A stretch of 64,000 bases of DNA from contig JBPCLP010000003.1 of NCBI GenBank assembly GCA_051003195.1, positions 13,215 through 77,214 of the forward strand, written 5' to 3'. Of the stretch, positions 50,100-59,806 are shown piece by piece. Position 1 is the first letter of the stretch. Every line of letters begins with the position of its first letter. This stretch comes from Candidatus Sumerlaeaceae bacterium (lineage in GTDB: Bacteria; Sumerlaeota; Sumerlaeia; Sumerlaeales; Sumerlaeaceae). Below the pieces are notes generated by a model, which saw only the letters and a list, made by a program, of their open reading frames with translations, had not been told where the DNA came from and did not search any database. Position numbers and translations under genes: made by a program.

Positions 50100-50560
50100 A
50101 CGCTGACGAGCAGTATGATATGGAAGCATTTGGCACGGTAAAGACAGGCTCCCAGTCCGGTGCGCATCTGACTACGAAAGAGTGGGATGCTGATGCCACG
50201 CTGTACTACTTCAGCGCGAGGTGGTATGCTGCGCCAATAGGCAGGTTGTTGCAGCTTCCGCCTTATCCCCCTTGGGAAGAACAGCCGTATACGTATGCTG
50301 GAAATCTACCTACTTGGAATGTTGATCCGACTGGTGAATTCCTAACGGGCTGCACTCCTCGACCAACTCCAACTCCAGGTCCAACACCACCTCCTTGTCT
50401 TACCCCCGCTGCTGCCCGAAGTACTGGACATTCAATTGGCCACGGCGCAGGTGTTTGTGCAGGAGTAACTGGTTCTGCAAAAAGTATCTGTTGTAGCCGC
50501 ATGTGCAGAACAAGCGTTACACCGCCCTGCATCCCGAATTGCGTTGCCGCATGCCGCTAG
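50066..50560 (+). pseudogene. Truncated Rhs core C-terminus plus Cys-rich C-terminal tip
   Basis: EAFG..LTTKEWD..LYYFSARWY...YTYAGN.P...DPTGE Rhs-core signature; the first 11 codons derive from the RAYT end. Confidence 0.8.
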
Positions 50561-50569
50561 ATTAGAAGA

Positions 50570-51538
50570 ATGAAATTAAGGCAATGTATTCGCCATCTTG
50601 TCACCTGTGCACTTGTCTGCAATACTGTTTGTGCGCAGTCCCAGTGGACGCACTTAATGTTAAAAGCCAATGTTCAAGCTCTGGGATATAGCGACCCGGC
50701 ACAGACCCTAATTTGTTTTACATCACCTGAGTATTCCCATTTTGCCTTCTACGGTGATGTGCGCGTAAGGAACGGGCGCATCCATACCTTCACAGCTTCG
50801 TTACAACAGGTGAACAGTACTGCACTTGATGACTTTTCTGCCGTAATTGCCACATCAAAAGTTTCCCCCCTGTTTTCGATCGGGGGAGAGCGCCCAAGCG
50901 TTCGCCATGCAACGTCACTCGCAGTGGTAATCGACAATCTGCCCATGGCATTCGGAATAAATTATTCACCTTCGGGACGCATCTCTGGATTCAGCGGCCT
51001 AAACGAAACAGCATTTGTGGAAGTGGCCACGAACGCTCGGTGCATTCTTCCGCAAGGTAGTGATGACTTAACAGCAGTTGGAGAAACTACCTGGATCATA
51101 AAATGTAGAGATGCCGGGCAGCTCTCTGTGGTAGATTCAAGCAAGCTGACATCTTCGGTCCTTAGCTCCGCCAGTTATAAATCACGCATTGCATACTCGG
51201 CTAAGGCGAAACTGTTTTCTGCAATAAGGACAGATGATGTTTGCGAGGTCTATGATGCGCATACTTTCCTACTTAAATTCTCAATTCCACTAGGCGAGGC
51301 CGCGCTTTTTGGTGGAGAACTGCTATTTTCCCAAAACGGAGAAAAGTTGTGGTGTTACCACGATCAGGCGTGCTCCGGGTTTTCAACAACCGATGGAATG
51401 AAGCGGGCTGTCATGAAGTTACCGAAAGAAGGGGCTGACTATATGGTGTTTAATGAGACCGGCAACACTGTTTACATCAGCAGGCAAGCCCGTCTAAGCA
51501 GCGCCTCATATGAGCAGGTGGTTGAACCGTGGAAATGA
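50570..51538 (+). CDS. Secreted hypothetical protein, putative immunity/partner of the Rhs tip (beta-propeller-like)
   Basis: 9 nt downstream of the Rhs tip; lower GC; signal peptide. Confidence 0.65.
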   Translation: MKLRQCIRHLVTCALVCNTVCAQSQWTHLMLKANVQALGYSDPAQTLICFTSPEYSHFAFYGDVRVRNGRIHTFTASLQQVNSTALDDFSAVIATSKVSPLFSIGGERPSVRHATSLAVVIDNLPMAFGINYSPSGRISGFSGLNETAFVEVATNARCILPQGSDDLTAVGETTWIIKCRDAGQLSVVDSSKLTSSVLSSASYKSRIAYSAKAKLFSAIRTDDVCEVYDAHTFLLKFSIPLGEAALFGGELLFSQNGEKLWCYHDQACSGFSTTDGMKRAVMKLPKEGADYMVFNETGNTVYISRQARLSSASYEQVVEPWK

Positions 51539-52107
51539 AAATCCGAAAGGTCATAGGGCGAAAGATACTGCTTCGACGACGCCCGCACGCACACAGCGCA
51601 CGTTCGCCCAAAAATCTTTTTCGACTTTATTGGACTTAGCCCACGCTAAGGTGACGCCAGGGAAGTGACACGCCCCCCAACACTGGTGTATTCGTGCCAG
51701 CGTAGTAAAGCTGAACGCGTTCTTTGACAACTATGCAGCCCGAACGCCGCGATCATCGACAGACGGACTTCTGCGCCCAATTCGCGTGGCGTTTTACATC
51801 TTTGCGCCTGGCGGAAAAAGCCGTCCATCGCGCAAGGAAGCCCGGAAATCCACGGCCCCGGCGAATTCTTACGCGAGGATTACCGTTTTTCAAGTGGCGA
51901 AATTACCCCAAATTTCACCAGCTGGATTTATCTGCAAGCTTTTAAAGCCTCTACACGCCCGTTTGAATTCCAACTTGAAAAACTTGAAAAGCCCCTCCAA
52001 CCGCCACCGCCCGCGGACTCGGATCCTTACATCATTCGTCGTTATTCGGAAAATTCGGGGAGAAAGCGCCAGTAGGTGCGGTGAACGATCTCCAAAGGGG
52101 GTAGGTA

Positions 52108-53370
52108 TTATTGGGGTGTTTGTAATACACCTTCCTGCAGGCACATACCATAGCGGCTGCCGGGCGGACTGGATTCGTATTTTGTCCCCAGGAATCCGTT
52201 TGTATAATTCGCGGAGTAACAGAGCCAGAAAATTCTTCCATCGGCTGAAATGAATTTAGCCGGAATATTTACAAAATAAGCCTGCTCACCAAACTCCTTA
52301 AGATAAGCAGCCATCTTCCATGGCCCGGTGATCTCGTCCGACTCCAGAATGTAAGTATCGTACTTTGAAACCGTGTTGCCGCCGTCTGTAACACACATCA
52401 GGTAACGACGCAACTTTGCGTTGTATGTCATCGTCACGCAACCCATATGGTTGTTCCATTCGGCAATCGGTTCCAGACGTGAAAAATCCCGGGTCCAGAC
52501 AACATTGTTCCTCTCGTCTCTGCCGCCGAAGAATTCATACTTGCCGCGGTCATTGATGTTCTCCATCGACGGCTTCACACGAGCCAGGTAAATCCGGTCG
52601 CCGGTAATCCAGCTGCAATTGCCGAACCGCGGTGCGGGGTCGTTTGCAGAGGCCCCATGCGCCACAAGATAAGCATTGCCGTCGGGCGAATGTTCCATGT
52701 TCCGTCCAAAGTCGACGAAATGAGGAGCGCCGATTTTTACCGGCTCGCCGTTCAAAGCCGATTCTCCAAACAGTGGTCGCTCCGGAGTGTGAGGAGATTC
52801 TGTCCATGTCGTGCCGAAATCGAGAGAGTAGCGAAAGCCGACCAAAGGTCCCAGCCACGGCCAGTTATAGATCTGTCCCTCATGTGGAGTTGAAGGCGAC
52901 GGATGAAGACAATAGGTCCCATAATACCACTTTCCATTGTGTATGAGCGACCCACAAGGATATCTGCCGGCGTACGGGTGAGGATCGCCTGGAACAGTCC
53001 CGACATTCTCGAAGCGCAGCTTCATCGGATCATCACCGATGATTCTTGCGTAGCCGGTGGCCGCGTTCCGCCCGGCGGAATTCGATATGACGCCATTGAC
53101 CTCGCCGTCCGTCCACGGAGAATATAGATTTCCATCCGAGGCCCATGTTGGATACCAGGTATCGGCGTTTGTGTACTCAACATGCCGACCAGTAAATGCG
53201 AGGTCTTCGATCATCTCCGACATTTCGAAAGGGCAATCGGCGGGAATGTAACGATTTATCACGGGCACGGCTGTTCCCGTCGTTGTTTCTGCTGCTGATG
53301 CAACCAGAGGATTTAACGAACTCAGCAATATTGCACCGCACGTGGTTCCCCAGGTTCGTTTCACTAACAT
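52108..53370 (-). CDS. Secreted DUF4185-like / beta-propeller carbohydrate-active hypothetical protein
   Basis: ADTWYPTWASDG, SLDFGTTW Asp-box, YLARV, TGPW; GGAGGAG RBS. Confidence 0.7.
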   Translation of the reverse strand: MLVKRTWGTTCGAILLSSLNPLVASAAETTTGTAVPVINRYIPADCPFEMSEMIEDLAFTGRHVEYTNADTWYPTWASDGNLYSPWTDGEVNGVISNSAGRNAATGYARIIGDDPMKLRFENVGTVPGDPHPYAGRYPCGSLIHNGKWYYGTYCLHPSPSTPHEGQIYNWPWLGPLVGFRYSLDFGTTWTESPHTPERPLFGESALNGEPVKIGAPHFVDFGRNMEHSPDGNAYLVAHGASANDPAPRFGNCSWITGDRIYLARVKPSMENINDRGKYEFFGGRDERNNVVWTRDFSRLEPIAEWNNHMGCVTMTYNAKLRRYLMCVTDGGNTVSKYDTYILESDEITGPWKMAAYLKEFGEQAYFVNIPAKFISADGRIFWLCYSANYTNGFLGTKYESSPPGSRYGMCLQEGVLQTPQ

Positions 53371-53562
53371 CAACGTACTCTCCTCCGGTGTCGGTTCGCC
53401 TGGAGGATCGCCTGGCCGTTACCTTTGACACGGTCCAGCTCCGCGACTGTTCGAAACGGGCCGTTGCCGGAACGATGTTCGATAATTCGCATAGTAAGCT
53501 TTTCACCCATTCTATGGAGTGTTCGCAGTTCCTGCACGTCGGCAATGTTTATGTTAATGGAT
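53370..53562 (-). pseudogene. ComEA-like helix-hairpin-helix fragment
   Basis: ININIADVQELRTL..MG.K...RII.HR...GPFRTVAELDRVKG; the 5' side abuts a REP cluster. Confidence 0.65.
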
Positions 53563-53615
53563 TCTGGGGTCAGCTCCAGGGTCAGCTCCCAAATAGATGG
53601 GGAGCTGACCTCAGA
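53563..53615. repeat. GGGGTCAGCTCC-family REP cluster (relatives at 48675-48691 and 63562-63576)
   Basis: Two direct copies plus one inverted copy forming a hairpin. Confidence 0.7.
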
Positions 53616-53803
53616 TTTCCTCCGCCACACATCCCCCACAATGCGGCCAGACAAAGGCCGCGACACGAGCAACGCTCAAGACGCCATGGGGTCCCCGAAA
53701 TCTCAGCCGTCTTTCTGCTGGACGGCAAATGCTCCATGAACGTTGAACGTCATTCCCAGGTTGTAAAATTATGAAAAAACATCAGCTAAAGAGATAATAC
53801 TGT

Positions 53804-56740
53804 ATGGAGTTCCGTCGGCTTCATCGCGCGGCCCGGCATGCCACCGTAACGACCGTTTTCATTCTCGCATGCGGGGCACCCCACGCCGCTGTTAATTATA
53901 CACGAGATTTCGCGCCTCAGGACGGGCTGGTAACACCTGCCGAACAGCCATATAGAGCTGAAATCTGCTTAAACGGCCTCTGGCAGTTTCAGCCTGTCAA
54001 GGTACCGGCCGATTATGTACGCGACCAGGGCCTCCCACCCTCACTGCCGCTTCCTGATCAATCGCAATGGGAGCACACCAGCGTGAAGGTTCCTTCCCCA
54101 TGGAACGTTAACACCTGGGGCGGGGGACGCAACGTAGGCGAAGGCACACCTAACCCGTACTGGCCGGGATCCATAGCCTATCCCAGCTATCCGGCCAGAT
54201 GGGACGATGTCGAAATGGGTTGGTTACGCCGACGCTTTTTTGTCCCGGCAGACTGGAAGGGACGCAGCCTGAAGCTTCACTTCGATGGCGTCGCCGGCCA
54301 CTGCCAGGTTTTCGTAAACGGGCATCCAGTCGGGCAGCATCTGGATATGTACACCCCGTTTGCTTTCGACGTGACGCCCCACTTAAAGCCGGGCGCTGAC
54401 AACGAGTTGCTGGTGGGCGTTCGCGGACTCCATCTCTTTAATAAAACCGATAAGCGTTATCCCAAAGCTTTGAATCCCTATGCCAATGGCTCTTTCTGCG
54501 ACGCGTTAAGGGGCATATGGCAGGATGTGAGCCTGGTCGCCCTCGCGCCCGTTCATATAGCAGACGCATTTGTCAAACCGCTGGTCGATCAGGACATGCT
54601 CGAAGTCGAAGTTTCCGTCAACAATACTACCTCCAACACTCAGAAGGCGACTATTGCCGGGACCGTCGCGCCATGGATAAATCTTGCGGGACAGAGCATC
54701 AATGAAGCCCCCGAACCTGAATGGAAACTCGGATCCGAAGTTCTGACACTACCGCAAACCATAGTAGAAGTGCCGCCAGGCAATCCGGCCAAATACACTC
54801 TTCGAGTTCCGGTTGCAAACCGCCTCAGGAGTTGGACGCCGGAAACTCCCAATCTTAACGGCCTGGTCGTTTCCCTACACCACGACAATGTAATGATGGA
54901 TCGCCACTACACGCGATTCGGCTGGCGCCAGTTCAAAATTCAAGGCCAACGCCTGCTGCTCAATGACCGCCCGGTGCAGATCTTCGCGGACATCGTGCAT
55001 CCCTTCGGCGCCTTCGTTATGACCCGCCGCTACGCGTGGGCGTGGTACCGCATGGTGAAAGATTTCGGCGGCAACGGCGTGCGAATCCATGCTCAGCCGA
55101 TGCCGAAGTTCTACCTCGATCTGGCCGATGAAATGGGTCTCCTGGTACTCGATGAAACCGCCCTCTTTGGCAGTTCCCTTAAGTTGAACTTTGCGGAAGC
55201 GGTTGCCTGGGAAAGGTTCGCCGATCATTACGACGCCCTCGTCCTTCGCGATCGCAACCATCCTTCCGTATTTGGATGGAGCATGGGAAACGAGCTGTTC
55301 GCCATAGTTGACTACAATAAAGTCGGACAGGAGGAACGCGACAAATGGTATCCGCAACTTACCGAACTGGCTTTGCGCGCCGCTGCCCTCGATCCGACGC
55401 GTTCGTGGATATCGTGCGATGGTGACGAAGATCTGCGCGGCACACTTCCCGTATGGGCAAAACATTTCGGCCACGGCCTTCATCTCGATAAGATTCCCAA
55501 TATACAGAAACCGCTTATGGTTGGCGAATCGGGAGGTACTTACTACGCGAATCCGCCGGTCATGGCGGAATTCAATGGGGACAGAGCCTACGAGAGTTAC
55601 CGCGGGCGCAACGAAGCCCTGGCAATAGACCTTTATCAAAACGTGGTTAAAATGGCGCGCCCGCTGCTCACCTATTTCTCAGCAAGCGAAATTGTCTGGT
55701 TTGGCGTGGAGCCTCTCGCTTTCGGATATGCTGACTACACCCGGTTACCGAACCCCTCCGACGGTGTCTTTTTCACCGCCCCGTATAAGGAAGGCAAACC
55801 GGGCTACCAGGTGGAGCGCCTGCCTCCTTTCGCGGCGACCCTCAACCCTGGCTACGACCCGGCCCTGCCTCTGTATCAGCCGCTGCCTTTGTTTGACGCA
55901 ATGAAAGCCGCCCTTGCCCCTGGCGTCCCCGGCCCCTCGCCGTGGGATCACCGCCCCGTGCCGGCTGCGATCAGGCCTTCTTCCAATCCGGTTCCAACCG
56001 TGGAATCGATTTCCTTCGCTGGTTCACGGGACGGCGATTTATATAAATTTCTCCAGGTCTGTGAGGTGCACTTTTCAGACCACTCAACCTCGCATGCCAT
56101 GCAGGTACTGATAGTGGACGGCGCGACCCTCACGTCCGGAAGCATTTCCGAAACCCGGGAGCGCATTCACAATACTCTGCAAAGTGGTGGGACTTGCCTC
56201 ATTTCCATGGTTGGCGAGACAGTCGCGCTGGATCACATAAACGCTCTACTGCCCCATCCCGTCGAATTCACAAATAGACAGGCATCGATGCTTGAACTGG
56301 ACAAGGTGTCGTCGTGGACCCTTTCTCTGTCAGCTGCCGACAGGTATTTTGCCGATAACGAAATCGAGAGATTTATCATGACTCGCGGCTTGAAAGGGCC
56401 GTTCGTATCAAACGCCAGCACCATTCTTAAAGCCGCAAACACCGACTGGACCCAATTCCTAACGGGAGAGTCGACTAAAATTGGATCAATGGTGCTTTAT
56501 GAAAAACTGCAAAAGCCCGAAGGCGCCGCCCTGGTTGTTATGGATCACGAACGCGGACAACTCGCACTGGCGACTTTGAACACCAACAAGAATTCCAGGC
56601 CGCATGTCGCGCTCTGGAAAAAGCTGTTTGCCAACATGGGAATAAAAATGGCAGGCGCACAGCCTGATGCCAAACCCGGAGAACCCGCCGCGAACAAAGA
56701 ACACGATTTGCTCCGCGACGGCCCGCAACAACAGCCATAG
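53804..56740 (+). CDS. Secreted GH2 glycoside hydrolase (beta-galactosidase/glucuronidase-like)
   Basis: LNGLWQF, LHFDGV, FGWR, RDRNHPSVFGWSMGNE, KPLMVGE. Confidence 0.92.
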   Translation: MEFRRLHRAARHATVTTVFILACGAPHAAVNYTRDFAPQDGLVTPAEQPYRAEICLNGLWQFQPVKVPADYVRDQGLPPSLPLPDQSQWEHTSVKVPSPWNVNTWGGGRNVGEGTPNPYWPGSIAYPSYPARWDDVEMGWLRRRFFVPADWKGRSLKLHFDGVAGHCQVFVNGHPVGQHLDMYTPFAFDVTPHLKPGADNELLVGVRGLHLFNKTDKRYPKALNPYANGSFCDALRGIWQDVSLVALAPVHIADAFVKPLVDQDMLEVEVSVNNTTSNTQKATIAGTVAPWINLAGQSINEAPEPEWKLGSEVLTLPQTIVEVPPGNPAKYTLRVPVANRLRSWTPETPNLNGLVVSLHHDNVMMDRHYTRFGWRQFKIQGQRLLLNDRPVQIFADIVHPFGAFVMTRRYAWAWYRMVKDFGGNGVRIHAQPMPKFYLDLADEMGLLVLDETALFGSSLKLNFAEAVAWERFADHYDALVLRDRNHPSVFGWSMGNELFAIVDYNKVGQEERDKWYPQLTELALRAAALDPTRSWISCDGDEDLRGTLPVWAKHFGHGLHLDKIPNIQKPLMVGESGGTYYANPPVMAEFNGDRAYESYRGRNEALAIDLYQNVVKMARPLLTYFSASEIVWFGVEPLAFGYADYTRLPNPSDGVFFTAPYKEGKPGYQVERLPPFAATLNPGYDPALPLYQPLPLFDAMKAALAPGVPGPSPWDHRPVPAAIRPSSNPVPTVESISFAGSRDGDLYKFLQVCEVHFSDHSTSHAMQVLIVDGATLTSGSISETRERIHNTLQSGGTCLISMVGETVALDHINALLPHPVEFTNRQASMLELDKVSSWTLSLSAADRYFADNEIERFIMTRGLKGPFVSNASTILKAANTDWTQFLTGESTKIGSMVLYEKLQKPEGAALVVMDHERGQLALATLNTNKNSRPHVALWKKLFANMGIKMAGAQPDAKPGEPAANKEHDLLRDGPQQQP

Positions 56741-56793
56741 AAAAAAAGAATGGCCTCCTTACTCAGCGGCGGTTCAGGAGGCCAATGACTTTT
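56741..56793. terminator. Putative intrinsic terminator (possibly bidirectional)
   Basis: TGGCCTCCT/AGGAGGCCA stem directly after the GH2 stop, A-tract before and T-tract after. Confidence 0.5.
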
Positions 56794-57059
56794 CGGGGAC
56801 CTCCTACTCTGTCACTAATTGAAATCGTGCCAGCGTAGCACGTCCCCTTTTTCTGCGAGTTGGTCATAATACGGTCCGAAATCCCGCAGTGCACCCCGAA
56901 GAACTTTCAATAGACGACTTGGTGTTTGACATCGCGCTCTTGCCGACTTTATAATCAAAAATAATACACGGGGACTGGCGGCGAAAATACGACCGGGTAT
57001 CTCGCAGGATGGGGCCACCAGCCTTCCAAAGCAAATAAAGCTCGAAATGAGAACGCATC

Positions 57060-57784
57060 GTGATGAGCCAGATCATTACTATTATTTTTCCGCTGCGCGG
57101 AAAATCTCTCTCTAACCGCACTTCTTCCCACCCGCAAGAACCCAGTGACAGCTGCGCGCGGCTTAATCGGGCACATGGCTGGCCCGCGCGCACACTCGCT
57201 CTTTGTCTGGCCCTTAGCCTGGCCGCCAGCTCCGCCTGCGCGGCGGGATGGTCCACCAGCCCGGTAATAAACAATCCCGTATGCACCGCCGCCAATGACC
57301 AGTACGTCCCCCAGATCACGGCCGACGCAGCGGGAGGCACCATCATCACATGGTACGACTTCCGCGGAACAAACTACGACATCTAGCCCAGCGCTACGAC
57401 GCCGCCGGAGCGCCGCAGTGGACCGCCAACGGCGTAGCCGTATCCACCGCCGCCAATGTCCAGCTCTCCCCCCAGATCGCGGCCGACGGAGCGGGAGGCG
57501 CCATCATCACATGGACCGACTCGCGCAGCGGAGACTACGACATCTACGCCCAGCGCTACGACGCCGCCGGCGCGCCCCAGTGGACCGCTAACGGCGTAGC
57601 CGTATCCACCGCCGCCAATGACCAACTCTTCCCCCAGATCGCGGCCGACGCAGCGGGAGGCGCCATCATCACATGGCCAGACTTCCGCAGCGGAGCAAAC
57701 TACGACATCTACGCCAGTCGACTGAACAGCAGTGGAATGCTTGGGTCCTTTACCTCAGCAGCAGACTGGACGCTGTGGCAGTGA
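57060..57784 (+). pseudogene. Secreted 53-aa repeat protein with a 1-nt frameshift (or sequencing error)
   Basis: Repeats ADGAGGAIITWxDxRxxxYDIYAQR; GACATCTAGCCC at 57378 versus GACATCTACGCCC in the next repeat; ends TSAADWTLWQ. Confidence 0.8.
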
Positions 57785-57856
57785 GGTAATGTAAATTCGG
57801 GGACGGTTGACGTTTTCACTAATTAATTTGATAGCGTCATCAAGACCTTGCGACAA

Positions 57857-58106
57857 GAAAATTGGGGACGTGCAATGTTTCATTTGCGACCGACCCCGGC
57901 CGCCATCGACACTTCGCTGCGCGGCAGCGCCAGGTACACTTCGCGATCCTCGGGCTCAAAGAACACCTGCGCGCGATGATTGCCCCGATGCGTGATGTGA
58001 TACGGCTCACCCGTCACAACAACTCTTGCAAATCGCGGCATGTGGCAATTCGCTAGCGTTCAACGTGCTCAATGCAAAAAGCAAAATTCCACGTCCCCAA
58101 TTTTCC
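57857..58106 (-). mobile_element. RAYT-derived MITE, copy B, with terminal inverted repeats
   Basis: GAAAATTGGGGACGTG ... CACGTCCCCAATTTTC (16-bp perfect IR) enclosing MPRFARVVVTGEPYHITHRGNHR...LPRSEVSMAAGVGRK*. Confidence 0.88.
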
Positions 58107-58313
58107 AGCCACGATAAATCGAGAACACGGTCCACTTTCTTGAGGATGTAGTCGTCCGGAATCAGATCCGTCAGACTACACGAAACGAACAGCTCATCCT
58201 GGCTTCGGTCGCGTGTCTCCAGCATAGGTCAGCACCCATCCGCAGTAACTTAAAAATCGACAAAACTCAGATCACAGAGTCGCTAAAAAGCCAAGAGGTT
58301 TTTCAACAGCCCC
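58107..58313 (-). mobile_element. Truncated IS1182/IS5-like element: end IR plus N-terminal ~40 codons
   Basis: GGGGCTGTTGAAAAA end at 58299-58313; MLETRDRSQDELF...LIPDDYILKKVDRVLDLSWL cut at the MITE end. Confidence 0.75.
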
Positions 58314-58495
58314 ACCGTCCCCGTTTTGTCCTAATTCCAGCAGGCTTCGCTGCGATTCCGCGTCCTACCCCCAACCCCAACCTCCGCCGAGAATCCATTA
58401 TCGGCATGGCCAAACTGGTGATTTGTGCCAGGCGCAGAACGGTCTTGGGCGTGCGGAAGCTTGCTGCCGTTTGCTCAGCGAAGCTTGCTTCGCGG

Positions 58496-59692
58496 TCAGG
58501 GAACCAGGGTGTGGACGTATACATGACCATCGTTGCTGGTATTGTCGGGAGCGGGGGCGCCCACGGCGGCGCGGTTGCGCTTCATCAGCAGCACGGACTG
58601 TCCGTAATACTCAGAAGCCGCCGGGGCGTCAGAAAACAATGACGAATGAAATACACCGGTTTTCAGGTCAAACAGGTCCGCTTTTCCCGCGTCCGTGCCG
58701 GCTGCAGTATCGTGCTTCGGGCTGCCGACGAGCAGGCGCTTGCGATCGGCAGAAATAGAAGTGCCGAAACCCGAAGAGTCCTGAGGGCTGCTCGGAACGA
58801 AAGTCCGCACGAGCTGCATGGTTTTGGTGTTAAACTGATACACCGCGCCAGCCGCGGGCACATAGCCGGGAACAACGGGGCTACCGAAGTCCTGGCCGGG
58901 CGCCCCGATGAAGAGATTGTTGCCGCTGAAAGCCAGGGATTCACCGAAACGCGGCCCGGTGAACGGGTTGGAAAAAGTGAGCGTGATCAGAAACGCGTGT
59001 GTTTTCGCATCGTAAACGTGCACCGCGCCGGAAGATGCAATGGAGCCACTAGCCGTGCCGCGGGCGCCCACTGCGATTAACTTGTTAGAGATGGCAACCG
59101 CATAACCGGCACTGTCCCCATTGGTGTAAGACGGCAGGGGAAGACGCATAATGATCAGGTCCCGTTTGCTTGCCACGAACGCGCTGCCGCTCAACTCCGG
59201 TCCAGGTCCGCCGGCATCTCCCGGGGCACCGATGACCAGCTGTTTCTTGCCAACTGCCACCGCGCGACCGAACTCGTCATTGGCCGCCGGGGACGGGTTG
59301 GCTATGCCGACGCCCCCTGTTGGAGTAATGTAATCCGCATCGCCAACGCTGCTGTTATAGCTTGGCACGCCAACCAGGAGATCGTTTCTGCCGGCCGCAA
59401 GCGCCGCGCCGCCATGGCTTCCCGCCGCTGAAAAAGTGTTGATGTGACCCGTCGGCGCCAGAGTCGAGATATCAAAAGTGAAGGTCCAGCCTGAGTCCAC
59501 ATCGCCGCGATCAAAGTATGGCGCTCCGACAAAAAGGCTGCTGCCGGACGCCGCCAGGGCAAAACCGAAGGCACTGCTGGTAGCACCGGGATCCACCTCG
59601 GGTTCATTCACGACAACTGCCGCGCGGGACGTTGATAGACAGAAGAACAGGACAACGGGCAGCGAAAAAATGCTGAGTCGAAAACGGTTCAT
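58496..59692 (-). CDS. Secreted FG-GAP repeat beta-propeller protein
   Basis: Seven FG.A.A....L.VGAP...G repeats; AAAGGAAG RBS. Confidence 0.9.
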   Translation of the reverse strand: MNRFRLSIFSLPVVLFFCLSTSRAAVVVNEPEVDPGATSSAFGFALAASGSSLFVGAPYFDRGDVDSGWTFTFDISTLAPTGHINTFSAAGSHGGAALAAGRNDLLVGVPSYNSSVGDADYITPTGGVGIANPSPAANDEFGRAVAVGKKQLVIGAPGDAGGPGPELSGSAFVASKRDLIIMRLPLPSYTNGDSAGYAVAISNKLIAVGARGTASGSIASSGAVHVYDAKTHAFLITLTFSNPFTGPRFGESLAFSGNNLFIGAPGQDFGSPVVPGYVPAAGAVYQFNTKTMQLVRTFVPSSPQDSSGFGTSISADRKRLLVGSPKHDTAAGTDAGKADLFDLKTGVFHSSLFSDAPAASEYYGQSVLLMKRNRAAVGAPAPDNTSNDGHVYVHTLVP

Positions 59693-59806
59693 GGGTTTAC
59701 TTCCTTTGAGTTTTTGATAGTCGTAGCACGGTGAACATCGCAAGTTATTTCGGTATGCAGATTATAGTTCGGGCGGGAATTACTACCCCTGCAAAAAAAT
59801 AGCCGC

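Noticed and set aside
57290..57720. DGR template/variable repeat pair
   Set aside because: In-frame tandem coding repeats; differences are not adenine-specific; no reverse transcriptase in the window.
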